A stretch of DNA of 63,258 bases, counting the filler, from Reticulomyxa filosa (lineage: Eukaryota > Protista > Foraminifera), in the NCBI GenBank assembly GCA_000512085.1. It is 24 parts of 24 records of this genome, joined end to end, with 100 filler letters (N's around TTAATTAATTAA, not from the genome) between each part and the next. Parts side by side here need not be neighbours in the genome. Positions count along the whole stretch, not along the records: positions 11,810 to 14,395 come from ASPP01022842.1; positions 14,496 to 20,325 come from ASPP01015672.1; positions 20,426 to 22,362 come from ASPP01012478.1; positions 22,463 to 24,169 come from ASPP01013771.1; positions 24,270 to 25,887 come from ASPP01034760.1; 19 more parts are not named here. One strand, 5' to 3'. This document shows, in pieces, positions 12,495 to 24,458 of the stretch. Every line of letters begins with the position of its first letter. Position 1 is the first letter of the stretch. A model generated the notes under the pieces. It ran no database searches. It saw only the letters and a program-made list of their open reading frames with translations, and was not told the origin of the DNA. The position numbers were made by a program, and so were the translations under genes.

Positions 12495-14395
12495 AGTACT
12501 TTTGCACTGGGAGGGCGTGAAGGTGTCAGACTACTCCTTGCTTCATCCTCCACTCATCACTGATTTTAGCCCCTTCCTCAACCCCAAAGTGCAAACAAAA
12601 GCAAGTTGAAAAAGTACCTGGTCCAAAATAGGACATAGCACTAAACAAAACATAGCACTAAACAAAACAAAAGAAAAATTCAAGTGTAAAACCAAACAAC
12701 CAATTGGGTGTTTTCTAAGAATACTTTAATTAAAAAAAAAGAAAATTTGTGAAAAAGATTTGTTTCAAATAATCCTTCCAGTTGCCACAATGAACTTCAC
12801 AAGTTCTTTGACTTTTGTTCTTATTTCAGGTTCCCATGTCTTGTCTCCAATCACCAAATGAATCTCTAAATCCTTGATAATGTGGACATTCCATCAGGAA
12901 ATGCTCTTCTTCATCTTCGCACCATTTGCAATCTAATGATTGTCGAATTGCTTCGATTTCCCAACGAATTTAAGATCTCTTTGGAGTGTGGAAGCTTCGT
13001 AATTTGCATTGGCAGCCTGTTTGAGTAAGGATATTGATCTGGCCTAGAACACCAACTTCAGCTGCATGAATGTATGCTCTGGACAGAGTTGAACAATATC
13101 GTTGATATATAATAGGAATAACAGTGGAGACAATGATGATCCTTGTGTCCATACACTATCATATGCTGAAGAGATATCCAATAGGATACTCCATTATTAT
13201 CAAATGAAGAATAAACGGATTCCGTCGTTGAAATCCTGCTTATTTTCATTTAAATACCACATCGCTTTTTCTTTCCATGGTTCTACTAATGTAGGAATTA
13301 TTGAAACTTTGTTCAACGACTCGATACTCTTGATCAAATATTCTTGTTTCTCTTGTCTCAATTTTCTCTTTAATTGCATTGCTGCTCGCTTGTATCTCTT
13401 GTAGTCTACTTCCGTTCTGCTTTTTCTATACTTCCTTTTCAATTGCAGGAATAGAATCAATTTCATATTCTTCTTCGTGATATTTTGCCGCAATTTTTTG
13501 AATATTTCTATAGAAGCTGGAATGTTAATTTCAATCCAACACGGCTCATAGCCTGATGTTTGGAATTTGTCTTGTTTGATTTCGAATGTCCTTTGATTTG
13601 CATGAAGATTAGAATACCCGTTCTTCCTGTTTCACTGGAATTGATGTCTTGATGTTCTTCTTGATGTCTCCGACTGAACTGCGTGGAGATTCTGCTCCGC
13701 TGTGTGGTTCTTTCTTCCACAATACTTGCACACTTTCACTCTTGCAGTCTTTTGCGAAATGATTCAACTTGAAGCATTTCCTGCATTGAATAAAGTGTGA
13801 TCTTGGACGCCGTCTATACTTCGAAGATCTCGCATTTTGCTTCATTGAATCCAATGGTGATTATCTTTTCATCGATTGCTCTTTGTGCATCTTCTGCTTT
13901 CACACATCTTGCGGAAGTGCACAAATAACGTTTTCCATGATTGAGAGAATGTGTGCGCTTTCAATTTCTTTACAAATCCTTTTTCATTAATTCCAACGAA
14001 TTTCAGGATTGATGTTTGTGATATCAATCCTCTTCCATTTACAGGTGTGAAAACTAAAGAAGGGTTTGTTTTACAAAAGTAATCTTTACGCACCTTTTTG
14101 TTTTCTTTCCAAATGTTTTCATCATTTAATTCTTTTTCTCTAATTTCTGCTATTTTCATTTCTTGATTTGTTTCTCTTTGCAATATTTGGATTCTTTGCT
14201 TTTTGTTTGATTTCTCAAGTTCATTTTCGTCATCTTGTGGTCTTGAACGCTTGAGAGAGCCACGGTCTTGTGGTTTGATTTCCACCGATTGCCTTCTTTT
14301 GTTCGCTTTATCAAACATTGTCTCATCATCACAATTATTCAAATGATTCAATGTTTTTGGTCTGCTTTGATGACAAGATTGTGAAGAGATAGTAC
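12495..14395 (-). mobile_element. Internally deleted non-LTR retrotransposon (LINE, copy A): ORF1 CCHC knuckle, APE and RT fragments, 3' UTR
   Basis: CRKCFKLNHFAKDC knuckle followed by CKYCGRKNH, then APE pieces (EQNLHAV, SETGRTGIL) and a basic linker. RT motifs LDISSAYDSVW (13149-13181) and QGSSLSPLLFLLYIND (13098-13145). C-terminal VKELVKFIVATGR. Many frameshifts. Confidence 0.9.
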
Positions 14396-15066
14396 NNNNN
14401 NNNNNNNNNNNNNNNNNNNNNNNNNNNNNNNNNNNNNNNTTAATTAATTAANNNNNNNNNNNNNNNNNNNNNNNNNNNNNNNNNNNNNNNNNNNNTTAAA
14501 ATTTTATGGAGCTGACTCTCAATATGAGGAAAGCAATCATAGCGCTTCTTTATTAAAAATAGTTCGATCTGTTGTTTTTTTTGTTGTGGTTCATTTCGGT
14601 TAAATCTTCAGAATAAATTAAATGTATGGTTTTTTTTTATCGATTATATTATGTGTATATGATTTTCAAATATTGATGAAAAACTTCGACAAGATGTTTC
14701 ACAACTTGTTTGTTGGTGAGTGTTCTTTTTATTGTTGTTTTTCAACCAAAAATTATTTATACTTTTTGTGAAAAAAGCTTAAAAAATTGACAATATATAT
14801 AATCAAACCGTATACAAACTTTTTTGTGCGGATATGTCACTGTATTTGAGAACAAACTTTCTATACAATATCTAGCTTGCTGAAATTACTGTTATTTTAG
14901 GTTTTTTTTGAGCTCAAATTTCAACAAATTTTTAAAATAGTTTTACATTTGTGTCACAAGTGATTTTTTTTACAATATCAAAGACTATATCTTTTTTTAA
15001 CATAAAAACTGTGAGGTTGTGGAGCTCCCTTTTAACTTTAATTGGTGAACTTAGTTTGTTTTAAAG

Positions 15067-17127
15067 ATGCAGTCCAGTAAGAAATGCGGAAAAAAATTGT
15101 GGGGGATAACGCATGAAATGATATATGAGTATTTACATCTTCATAGCGACTATTCTCTGCTGCAAGGTTGAAAGAGTACACACATACACATGTATATAAA
15201 TGAGCAAAAGAGATAAGCATTGAGCGCTGGTGATGACACGAAATAGCATTACACGATGATAAGCCGATGATGATACGTAGTGACAGTATATACTATTTGA
15301 CATTGATAACACAGTTGAGGTACCTGGCAATGGAAACGAAGCCGAGCCATTTATTGAGCAACTTGCCGGACATTATATCGTTATTGCGTGAGATAACGGA
15401 TGAAACCGAAGATGCGCCGCAAAGGATTGATAAGAATCACGAGTTGTGTCAAGTGTTATTGGACCTGATTAAGTTGGAAAACGAGACAAAGATACAAGCA
15501 ATCATCCATTTGCGATACTTTGAAAGCGATAACAATCGAGAAGAGCATGTGCGTTTATGTGATATGTATATGTCTCCGGATATGGTCTTACGGCATATAT
15601 CATCATCATCATCATCATCATCATCATCGTCGTCGTCGTCGTCGTCGTCGTCATCATCAACAGTGATATTGGTACAAGAGGAGAAGAAGGAGGAGGAGTC
15701 CAAGCAACAAATCTTTAGTATCCCTAAGCACGTACTGCAACGCATTCAAGGCAAACTCAAGCCACCATCCACAAACAAAAACGCTACTCAACCCTATTTT
15801 TATTTCAAAACCAGTTATGATCAGATCCGAAACTTGGCTGACGTTAGCAAAAACAATCGACAGATTCGTTTTTTCCTTGACAGTCATTCCTTCACCGCGT
15901 AAGTTAATTTGTATTGTGTTATTACTTGCTTGTTCCCGATAACTTCTTTAAGATAAATCACTGTTCCGGAACACTTTTTTTTTTTTTTTTTTTTTTGGGG
16001 GGGGGGGGGGGGGAAAAAAAAAAAAAAAAAATGTAGGTATACAAAACAAGTGGAAAGCACAATAGACAAAGTATTAAAGTACAAAGGACACGAGAAGGAC
16101 CAAAGTTATATCGACCGCCTGTCTCGATGCAAGTTGGAAGTGCCCATGGAACGCTACGCGGCAATAAAAAAGAAACAAACAGAAATGTGGCAAGAGAAGA
16201 CGCGAAAGAAGGTGAACGAGTGCAAAGAGGATTTGTTGAATCTGCTGCACACAATCGACCACGACTTGTGCGGCGAGTTGGACCCAAGCAAAATCGGTGC
16301 GATCATGCGAAGCACATTGACAGCAAGAGAAGAAGAAAAGCAGCTACAAGAATGGACCGAAGTCACACAGCTATGGGCACCACTCCAATTGCAAGCAATC
16401 ATTGATGTTTTGACTGATGGATCTTACATCACTGGTTATCATACGTTGTCGTTTTTTTTTATAATAATAACAAATAACAAATAAATAACAAATAAATAAC
16501 AAATAAATAACAAATAAATAATAAATAATAACAAATAACAAATAATAAATAATAATTAAAGGAAGTTTGATTGGTATGTTCAGAAGCTCAATCACCCTGT
16601 TGCTGCACAACCCAAATACAACGGCAACTCAAAAGTATCTTGGAACGAGAGAGTTAAACATAATCGACAAAGACAATTTCATCCGCGTTTGGACACGCAC
16701 AACAACGTGAAGTTGGACCAGGACGACATTTGCATTGCCATGATCCCCAGCCGACTGAAGCAGCTTGTGGAGCTGCAGAAACGGCCCGCTGCACTGCAAG
16801 AGCAACAGCAACACGCGTATCAACGCTTGCAACACTTTCTCTTTTGCATCTTTGATCAGGACGACCAGCCACATGGATATGAGCTTGAGCTGCAGGAGCC
16901 CGAGCCCCTTCGCTCGTTCTACATGGATGGCTATGATGGCGGCAATGACAACGACGACGACGACGACGACGACGACAATGGGTCGCTCATCGAAGATACC
17001 CCCCAAGTCAAGGCGCAAAAACAGTTGAAACGAAACATGCAAAGGCTTAACTTGATTCGGACCATTTTGTCTTCATCTTCGTCCTCGTCTTCGCAAGTGC
17101 AAGTTGCTTTGAGTGGAGAGCCTAACG

Positions 17128-17182
<55 letters not shown>

Positions 17183-18065
17183 CGAAAATATAAATGATAA
17201 CAAAGGCACAGCGAAAATAACACTAACGTTTCAAACGGTCCATGAGGACGGCAAAAAAGCACCCGCCACTAAACAGGACTTGATCGGGTTCACCAGCCAG
17301 GCCGTTGAAGCCACAAAACGCAGAAAGAGACCACTTACTGACATGTTGCTTGCTGACTCACAACAACAACAACAACAACAACAACACGAAAAAGATTACG
17401 TATCTCCTCCCTCGACCAAAAAAAGTCAAACAAGCCAAACCAGTGTTGTCTGCTGGAGTTGCCAAATCTTGTTTGACAGCTGATGCTTCAGTTATTTTAT
17501 GTGTATATACACCATATATACACATATATACACATATAATGAAATTGTTATCTTTTCAGCAGAATTTGCAGCATTCGGAACAGTCGGATGAAAAAAGTGC
17601 ACCAAATGCATCTGGTTTGTTTTCGTACTTGACAAAGTTTGATTGATGTGTAACAAAAGGAATAACAAACAGCTTCGGTTACAACAGTCGTGGCCCCTCT
17701 GATCACTACGTCAAGCAGTACAACAACTAACAATCCAAACAAGCTGAAAAAACGTATAAAAAATTTATGGACGGAACAGGTACGTTTTTTTTTTTTAAGC
17801 TCCATTAATTTATTTGTTTGATTTTTTTTTTTTTTTTTTTTTGGAGTCATATCTTGATCCTCCACACTCTATACAAATACAACAAAAAAAGGAAACGGAC
17901 GCACTTCAAAAGGCGTATGCAAAACACTCCAAAACAGCATACACGCAAAAAAAAAAATTGTGGCAGGAAATCAAAAATGATCCTGAGTTTAAGACTGCTT
18001 TGAAGAACAGAACCGTTGATCAATTGCAAAGGAAATTCTATCGCTTTCTCTCCGGTAACAAGTAG
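15067..18065 (+). CDS. Multi-exon protein with C-terminal Myb/SANT (telobox-like) domain; candidate TRF-like telomere-binding protein
   Basis: In-frame GT-AG introns (e.g. 15899-16036, 17780-17891) link ORFs 15267, 16050 and 17814; the joins on either side of ORF 16689 were not verified. The spliced C-terminus reads KKRIKNLWTEQETDALQKAYAKH...LWQEIKNDPEFKTALKNRTVDQLQRKFYRF. Confidence 0.75.
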
Positions 18066-18789
18066 GAGAGAAGGAAAAAGATCTTTTTTGTAACCAAATG
18101 TAACTACTTTTCAAACGTCATTTAAATTAATAACAACACTGTGCTTCATCACGTCAATTGTTTTATTACATTTCTTTGAACCTTTACTTTTTTAAAATGA
18201 CAAAATACGAGATTAGAAAAAAAAAGATTTTTTTTTGAAATTTGCAAACGAAATGGAAAATGAATTTTTTCCTCTGATGTTTGCAATATTCGAATGATAA
18301 TTTGTTAATCTTACTTTTTTTTGAGGGGCTGCCGATTCACTGAACGTGTCTGTAATGCTGTTCTATCTTTTTTTAGCGGCTGTTTTTATAATCACAATCT
18401 GGGTTGACATAAATCTAAAATTAAAAAAAAGTATCACTTGCAACGTTTTTTGTATTTTTGGTGAAGACTGTTCTATTAACTTCTTCATCGGTGGTGGCAC
18501 AAAAAAATGTTGAGAGGAAATTTCACCAAAATTGAAAAACCAATTTCAAAACAATGACCAATTCACATAGAATCAAATTTGTTCTTTTTTTTTGTCGAAC
18601 AGAAACGTTTTTTTGAAAAATGTGCAGTAAAGTATTTTTCGCATCTTGCTGTTTCACAAAAGTGCATTTTGTTGTTGACATGGAGACCAAGTCACACACA
18701 TTGCGTTGAAGCGATTTTTTTCCTTGATTATATAGGTTCAAGAGATTGCATAATGATTGACAAATTGCAAAAAAGGATAATGTTGTTAA

Positions 18790-19130
18790 AATGTATCCAA
18801 AAAATGAAATAATATTTATCATTATTATTTATCGGGATGGGAAAAAACCACATTTAACTAATATAATTTTTTACTTCAATTATTTCTTAATAAATCTCTT
18901 AAAGCAAATAAACCAAAATCAAAATGACTTAATAATTGTGCAATGTCTTAGAATATCATTCAATTGGATAACAAAAAATAATTGACACAATATTGCTACA
19001 ACTTGTGTCATGTTCATTTAATTCGAATATTGATATCATTAATAAATTAAAATATAGTATAATGCAAAGTAAGTTGATACATAAAACGGCACCTTATAGA
19101 GATGATTGATTTTCTTCATGAAAACAACAT
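18790..19130 (+). pseudogene. Probable decayed Kelch-family 3' end plus dispersed repeat copy
   Basis: 18795-18840 resembles Kelch exon 2 (AAAAAATGAAATAATAT...GGATGG). 19051-19130 matches the repeat at 5385-5492. Confidence 0.45.
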
Positions 19131-20425
19131 CCAGATATATATTTTTTTATTTTAAAAAATATCTATGAATTGTGTAGTTTTTAAATATCATTTTGGTTTT
19201 TTATTACATATTTACTAATTATTTAAAAAATTTGAATATTTATTGATTTTTGAAAATTTTCGAGAAAGTTAACAATAATGACGTTGTCGTAATGATAGCC
19301 TTTGACTAATCTTTGATTTGTCTAACTAATCATTTGTTTTTTGCCTTTTTTTGTCAAATGCAAACAAGTTAAGTTAATTCAAAAGCTTAAGAACTGAATA
19401 TTTTTTATATTGAAATTATCATTTGATTAAATCACTTTTGCATTATATGATGCTTGTATTTGATCTGGCATTGATTTTATTAAGTTTGTGTATTTCTTTG
19501 TCAATTTTTTCACATTTTAATTCAAATTATTTTCAAAGTTCTTCTTTTGAGCTGACTGGTCTGATTTTGTATATTTTTATTTTAATTATTCACCAGATTC
19601 TTTGATTGGGCTAAGGTCTGTAGATTTTGGAGGGAAATCAAACACAAAAGCAAGACAAACTTTGGTTTACATATTTGTGCGTTCGAATAACTTTGTTTTT
19701 TTAAAAGATCGACTGACAATAAAAAGGTACAGTAACTGCTGACTCATACTTTTGTGTTTAGAACAGTGTAGTTTAACTGAATTGTTTGCTATTTGTTTGA
19801 AATTACGGAAGACCTAACAAGGCTATAACTGCCGTTGTTTGGTTTATTTCAACATTAAATACAGTTAAACGTTACATAGCAATTTGAATCAGAAGACAAG
19901 ACGATGAAACATTAAATATAATAAAAATAATGAAATTACGTACAACAAAGTAACCTTTATCATATTCTAATATTTTATTATCTATTTTCCATAACTCTTG
20001 CAAAAAATTTTCTAAACTAAAACAGAATTTCGTAATATTAATTCGTCAATCCATTTTTGGTTTAAGGGATTCCAGTCTTTTTTAAATCAGAGATCATTTT
20101 TTAGAAAAATTAAAATGTTTAACACTGTTTCTAAAACAAAATTAACCAAAAAGATCGCAACAAAAAATAAAATCAGTGTGCATAATTTCAATTTACTTAT
20201 GTAATTCATCATGTCATATTATATATTTCATGATGAAATTAATTAATGATCTTTAATGTAAAAAAATAAAATCAATCAAACCAAATCTGCTCTATACTGA
20301 AAAATTTTAAAAAATAGGCCAAAAANNNNNNNNNNNNNNNNNNNNNNNNNNNNNNNNNNNNNNNNNNNNTTAATTAATTAANNNNNNNNNNNNNNNNNNN
20401 NNNNNNNNNNNNNNNNNNNNNNNNN

Positions 20426-21049
20426 AAGAGGCGCAAATGCGAAGAAAAAAAGGGGTGCTATTACTTTTTTTTTTTTTGTTGTTGTTGAACATTAGTCAGA
20501 AAGCAAGCCAATCGAGTCAGCCATTACTTGCGAAATGATGCTGATCTGAAAAAAGCTCGACAAGAAGCCTCAGAGTTTTGAGTTTCATTTGTCTCTGTGT
20601 CCATAAAGAGTTTTTTTGTGTTGCTCCCTTCGATGACAATAATAACAATAATGACAACTTTTGAGCGATAGAAAGAAAGTTTCATTAGTCACAAAAAAAG
20701 AAGAGTTCGAGATTGACCTAGGTGAAGATGGCCAAGGAGACTTAGAATTGGAATCAAAATCCCCAGAGGATGGAAAGCAAAAGCAATCCAAGTTTTCAAT
20801 CTATTGACTGTTACACACAATTGTATCTTTACAAACTCTTATCAAATGCTTAGGTCTATTTATTTATTTTTGGAGAAGGGATAATATGCTTCATCTTCTT
20901 TTGTGAAACACAAAATTGTAGGAAAAATAAACAACAAGTGCAAGATGAAGAAGAGGAAGATGACGACGGTAATGAGAAAAACACAAAGAAAAAAACTGGA
21001 AAACCTTTTGGTGATTTTGATCGATATGATGAACCATTTGAAACTGATT
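20426..21049 (+). CDS. Acidic C-terminal exons of a hypothetical protein
   Basis: Frames RKKVSLVTKKEEFEIDLGEDGQGDLELESK and ENKQQVQDEEEEDDD...DEPFETD* are separated by AT-rich intron-like DNA. Confidence 0.5.
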
Positions 21050-21658
21050 AACAACTACTTTTTGTTTGTTTGTCATTTTTATTTTTATACTAATTTTTTC
21101 TGTTATTCCATACCTCACCGGCGCTCTTTTTTTCTCTCCGGTCTTTGCAAACACTATTCACTTTTGATCCTGGGTCCATTTCGTAATAATGACGTATCCC
21201 CTCCCATTTTTATTAAAGGCAAAAAAATAACGAAAAACTTTTTAACATAGCAAATTGACAAGTTATTGGACGTTCAATTGTAAAGAAAAGGATTAAACTG
21301 TTCGATATTAAATTAATTGTTTAAACTGTTAACGAAAGTCCTTACGAATAAAAATCAAATTATAAACCAAAGCGAAAAACAAAAAGAATGAAAACATAAA
21401 AAAGAAAACTTCCAGCACAATTTTGTGTTTTTCAAAAATATAAAGATATCGAAATTAAATCTGATTTTATTTTTTTTCCGTTTGTAATTTTTTTTAATAA
21501 ATGTATAAGAAAATATTAGTGGTTGACATGAATGCAGAACGAAGAAGAGAAATGTGCACAGGGAGAGAGGAATTTCTGCAAGTCAAAAGTATTATGTGTT
21601 TTTTTTGTCCGAGTTAGTGTTGGCACGAGCACGTGGCCAGAGAAATGGAGATATTTTG

Positions 21659-22327
21659 TCAAAGTACACACGCCCTACTAAAAGGCCAGGCAAAACGATG
21701 GGCAGAACAATGACAGGGATAAAGATCATAAATAAGAGACAATTTTTGGCAAAAACTTGAATCCAATAAGGGTTTTTGCATGTAACATTTCCAATGATGT
21801 TCGGTGTCGATGACTACATATTCCCCTTCTCGTTCATCTCGATCGTTGACATAGGAATAGTTGTTGAGAGGGTACCAAGCCGAACACCACACCTCTTGAG
21901 TTTGCGAGTGCAACAGTTTGAGTTGGACTTTTTCAATGGCGTCTTTGTTTTCGCCGGAGCGATACCAAATGTCCATTTCCCCAAAGTTCATTTCCGTCAT
22001 TTCACAGAACTTGAATTGATCACTTTCCAAAGCGCTGTAAAGCAAGTATGAGTTGCGAATCACAAAGGGCGCATCTTCTCCGGGAATCGTATGTGTCAGT
22101 CCGCTGGACGTCACCTCAAATATGTGTCTGTGTTCATACTGCCACGACGCTTCGTCATTGCCACCGCCGTCGTTTTTGGGGATCTTGCGCGTGCAATGCG
22201 CTTTCGCAAGCTCTCCAAAGTGTACGTCCCCGGACAACAGTAGGACATTACCAATGTCATGTGACAATATCATATCCATTATGCGATTGTAAGATCGAGG
22301 GAAACGACTCCATGCTTCACTCACCAA
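21659..22327 (-). CDS. Alkaline phosphatase D (PhoD-like metallophosphatase), last exon
   Basis: EAWSRFP, LLSGDVH, EVTSSGLTH and NFG motifs. Confidence 0.88.
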   Translation of the reverse strand: MVSEAWSRFPRSYNRIMDMILSHDIGNVLLLSGDVHFGELAKAHCTRKIPKNDGGGNDEASWQYEHRHIFEVTSSGLTHTIPGEDAPFVIRNSYLLYSALESDQFKFCEMTEMNFGEMDIWYRSGENKDAIEKVQLKLLHSQTQEVWCSAWYPLNNYSYVNDRDEREGEYVVIDTEHHWKCYMQKPLLDSSFCQKLSLIYDLYPCHCSAHRFAWPFSRACVL

Positions 22328-22462
22328 TCTTTTTTTTTTTTGAATAAAAAAAAAAAAAAAAANNNNNNNNNNNNNNNNNNNNNNNNNNNNNNNNNNNNNN
22401 NNNNNNTTAATTAATTAANNNNNNNNNNNNNNNNNNNNNNNNNNNNNNNNNNNNNNNNNNNN

Positions 22463-22494
<32 letters not shown>

Positions 22495-22515
22495 TGAAAA
22501 TAAAATATGACATAC

Positions 22516-23034
22516 CATGGAACTATCCAGCTCAGTTCCGAGGACATTCCACGTTGTGGAATAGTCGTCGACGTTGACTTCTGCGTGTTTGGCTGCTTCG
22601 TGTGACACATCATCGTTTTTGTGTTCGGTCCGGTTCTTGCTTGGCTTTTGTTCAGGCGATGCAAATAAATCAGAAAGTGCTAAGTCATTATTGAGGATTG
22701 CAAATGCAATGTCGTTGTTGCTTCCTTTTCCATTATTATTATTATTGTCTGCCCAAATCTTTTCTTGTGACGGACGACTTTGTTTGTTGTCAGATCCATT
22801 ATTTCTGTCTGTTTTTTCCCGTCCGTCAAAATTTCCATTCGTTGTTACGTTGTGGTTGTTTGCCGACGGTGCTTCACTAGAAACTAAATTGGAGAAATTT
22901 CCAACGGAATAATCTGAATTCCTGTTTGACGCTGCAAGACCTCCACCACTTGTTGAAAAGAATGAAGAAGTGAGATCTTGGCCTGTGCCATTAAAAAATT
23001 TATTTTTCATTTTTTTTCCTTTTTTGTCTTGCAA
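22516..23034 (-). CDS. Hypothetical Asn/Ser-rich exon
   Basis: Open frame ending at a GTATGT donor near 22515. Confidence 0.5.
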
Positions 23035-23322
23035 AAAATGGATGCACTACCACGGAGAATACAGTTAATCCTGACCACAATAAAAAATTTTAATTTGTTT
23101 TAATTCCAATCGAAGCAATTGACATGTTTTCTTTTTTTTTTGTTCAAGACAAACTGGAGGTGGTTATATTGTCTCAGCAAAAAATTCCGGAAAATAGACT
23201 TGTATTCCTTTGTAAGCGGCTTAATTCAAAAGTTGTTGATGACTTAGAACAAAAAACGCTTTGTGTAGTAAGAAGACGAAAACGATTTCCAAAAAAAACT
23301 CGATCGATATCGATCAATCATA

Positions 23323-24143
23323 ATGTCTTCGGTGCGTCGTTTGGAAGATCTATTAAAGTATCTAGATGAATTGCAAGTAAGTAAAGCAAGGATACAAGGA
23401 ATATTTGTGCCAAACTTAGTAAAAAGTAGTTTCAGTGAAACGAGTTTTTCCCGGGTTGAAAGGAACTATCCTTTTAAGACAATTGCACCTATATTTGCAA
23501 AATCAAAACGAAGGGTTGATGCTAACTATTTGACTCAATCACAAAGTCACTATCACAGTAACAAATACCAGGAACAAAAATTAAACATTCCATCACACAC
23601 ATCTGTTCTGTTTGCATCACCGCATAAAAAATTTTCACAGTTATCTCGGGACGAAAGTAAAGTTGGCGGCTCAGCCAAAGTTAGTACGAAAGAGCCAAGT
23701 GTACATCATCAAATTAAATCTAAAAAATTTGAACCCCATGCTGGATCCAAAGCAGAAGAAGTTATCAAAGCATTGAATAAACTAAATATCCAATATCCAT
23801 CCCGATCACATGAAGTTAACCCCTTTTTTTTTTTATAGTTCTCCCTTTTCCGGGAAATTTCTTATTACTTTTTTTTGGAAATTTTTTTTTTACTCTCGAT
23901 TTTGCGAAGCGGAAAAAAAAATATTAAAACGAAAGCGTAATAAAATGCACAACAATAAAATAAAAAAAACAAATAAAAAAAGAAAGTAGAAACAACGGAA
24001 GCCCACATGAAAGTAGCAGCAGGAATGTCGGGGGTAGTGGTGCGAGACTTGCTATTGAAAGAAAAAAGATTAAAAACTGTGTTTTTGGTGATCTTTGATG
24101 GAAAAAGACCTGACATCAATTTGAAAGCTTTGGGCCATCATTT
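23323..24143 (+). CDS. Hypothetical protein, 3'-partial
   Basis: ATG-initiated 171-aa ORF, a homopolymer-rich intron, and a second exon at ~23989-24143. Confidence 0.55.
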
Positions 24144-24458
24144 GGTTTGTCTATGTTTGTGTGTTTCTTNNNNNNNNNNNNNNNNNNNNNNNNNNNNNNN
24201 NNNNNNNNNNNNNTTAATTAATTAANNNNNNNNNNNNNNNNNNNNNNNNNNNNNNNNNNNNNNNNNNNNATATATTATATTTTAGTAATTCTTTAAAAAC
24301 AAAAATAAAATACAAATGCATTTTGCCTGACTTCTTCGAGTTTGGCTTGGAATGCTTGTTTGAGATGTTCACACTGCAACTTCTTGAATTGCAGTTTGCT
24401 TTGCTTTTCATGGGCCACTTTGAGATTATGCTCGAGTTATTGGATTTGCATAATGTAA

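Noticed and set aside
12525-12565. C/D snoRNA or hammerhead ribozyme in the LINE 3' end (GTGATGA...CTGA)
   Set aside because: The boxes are too close together and CTGA is not conserved in other copies. There is no CTGATGA/GAAA hammerhead core.
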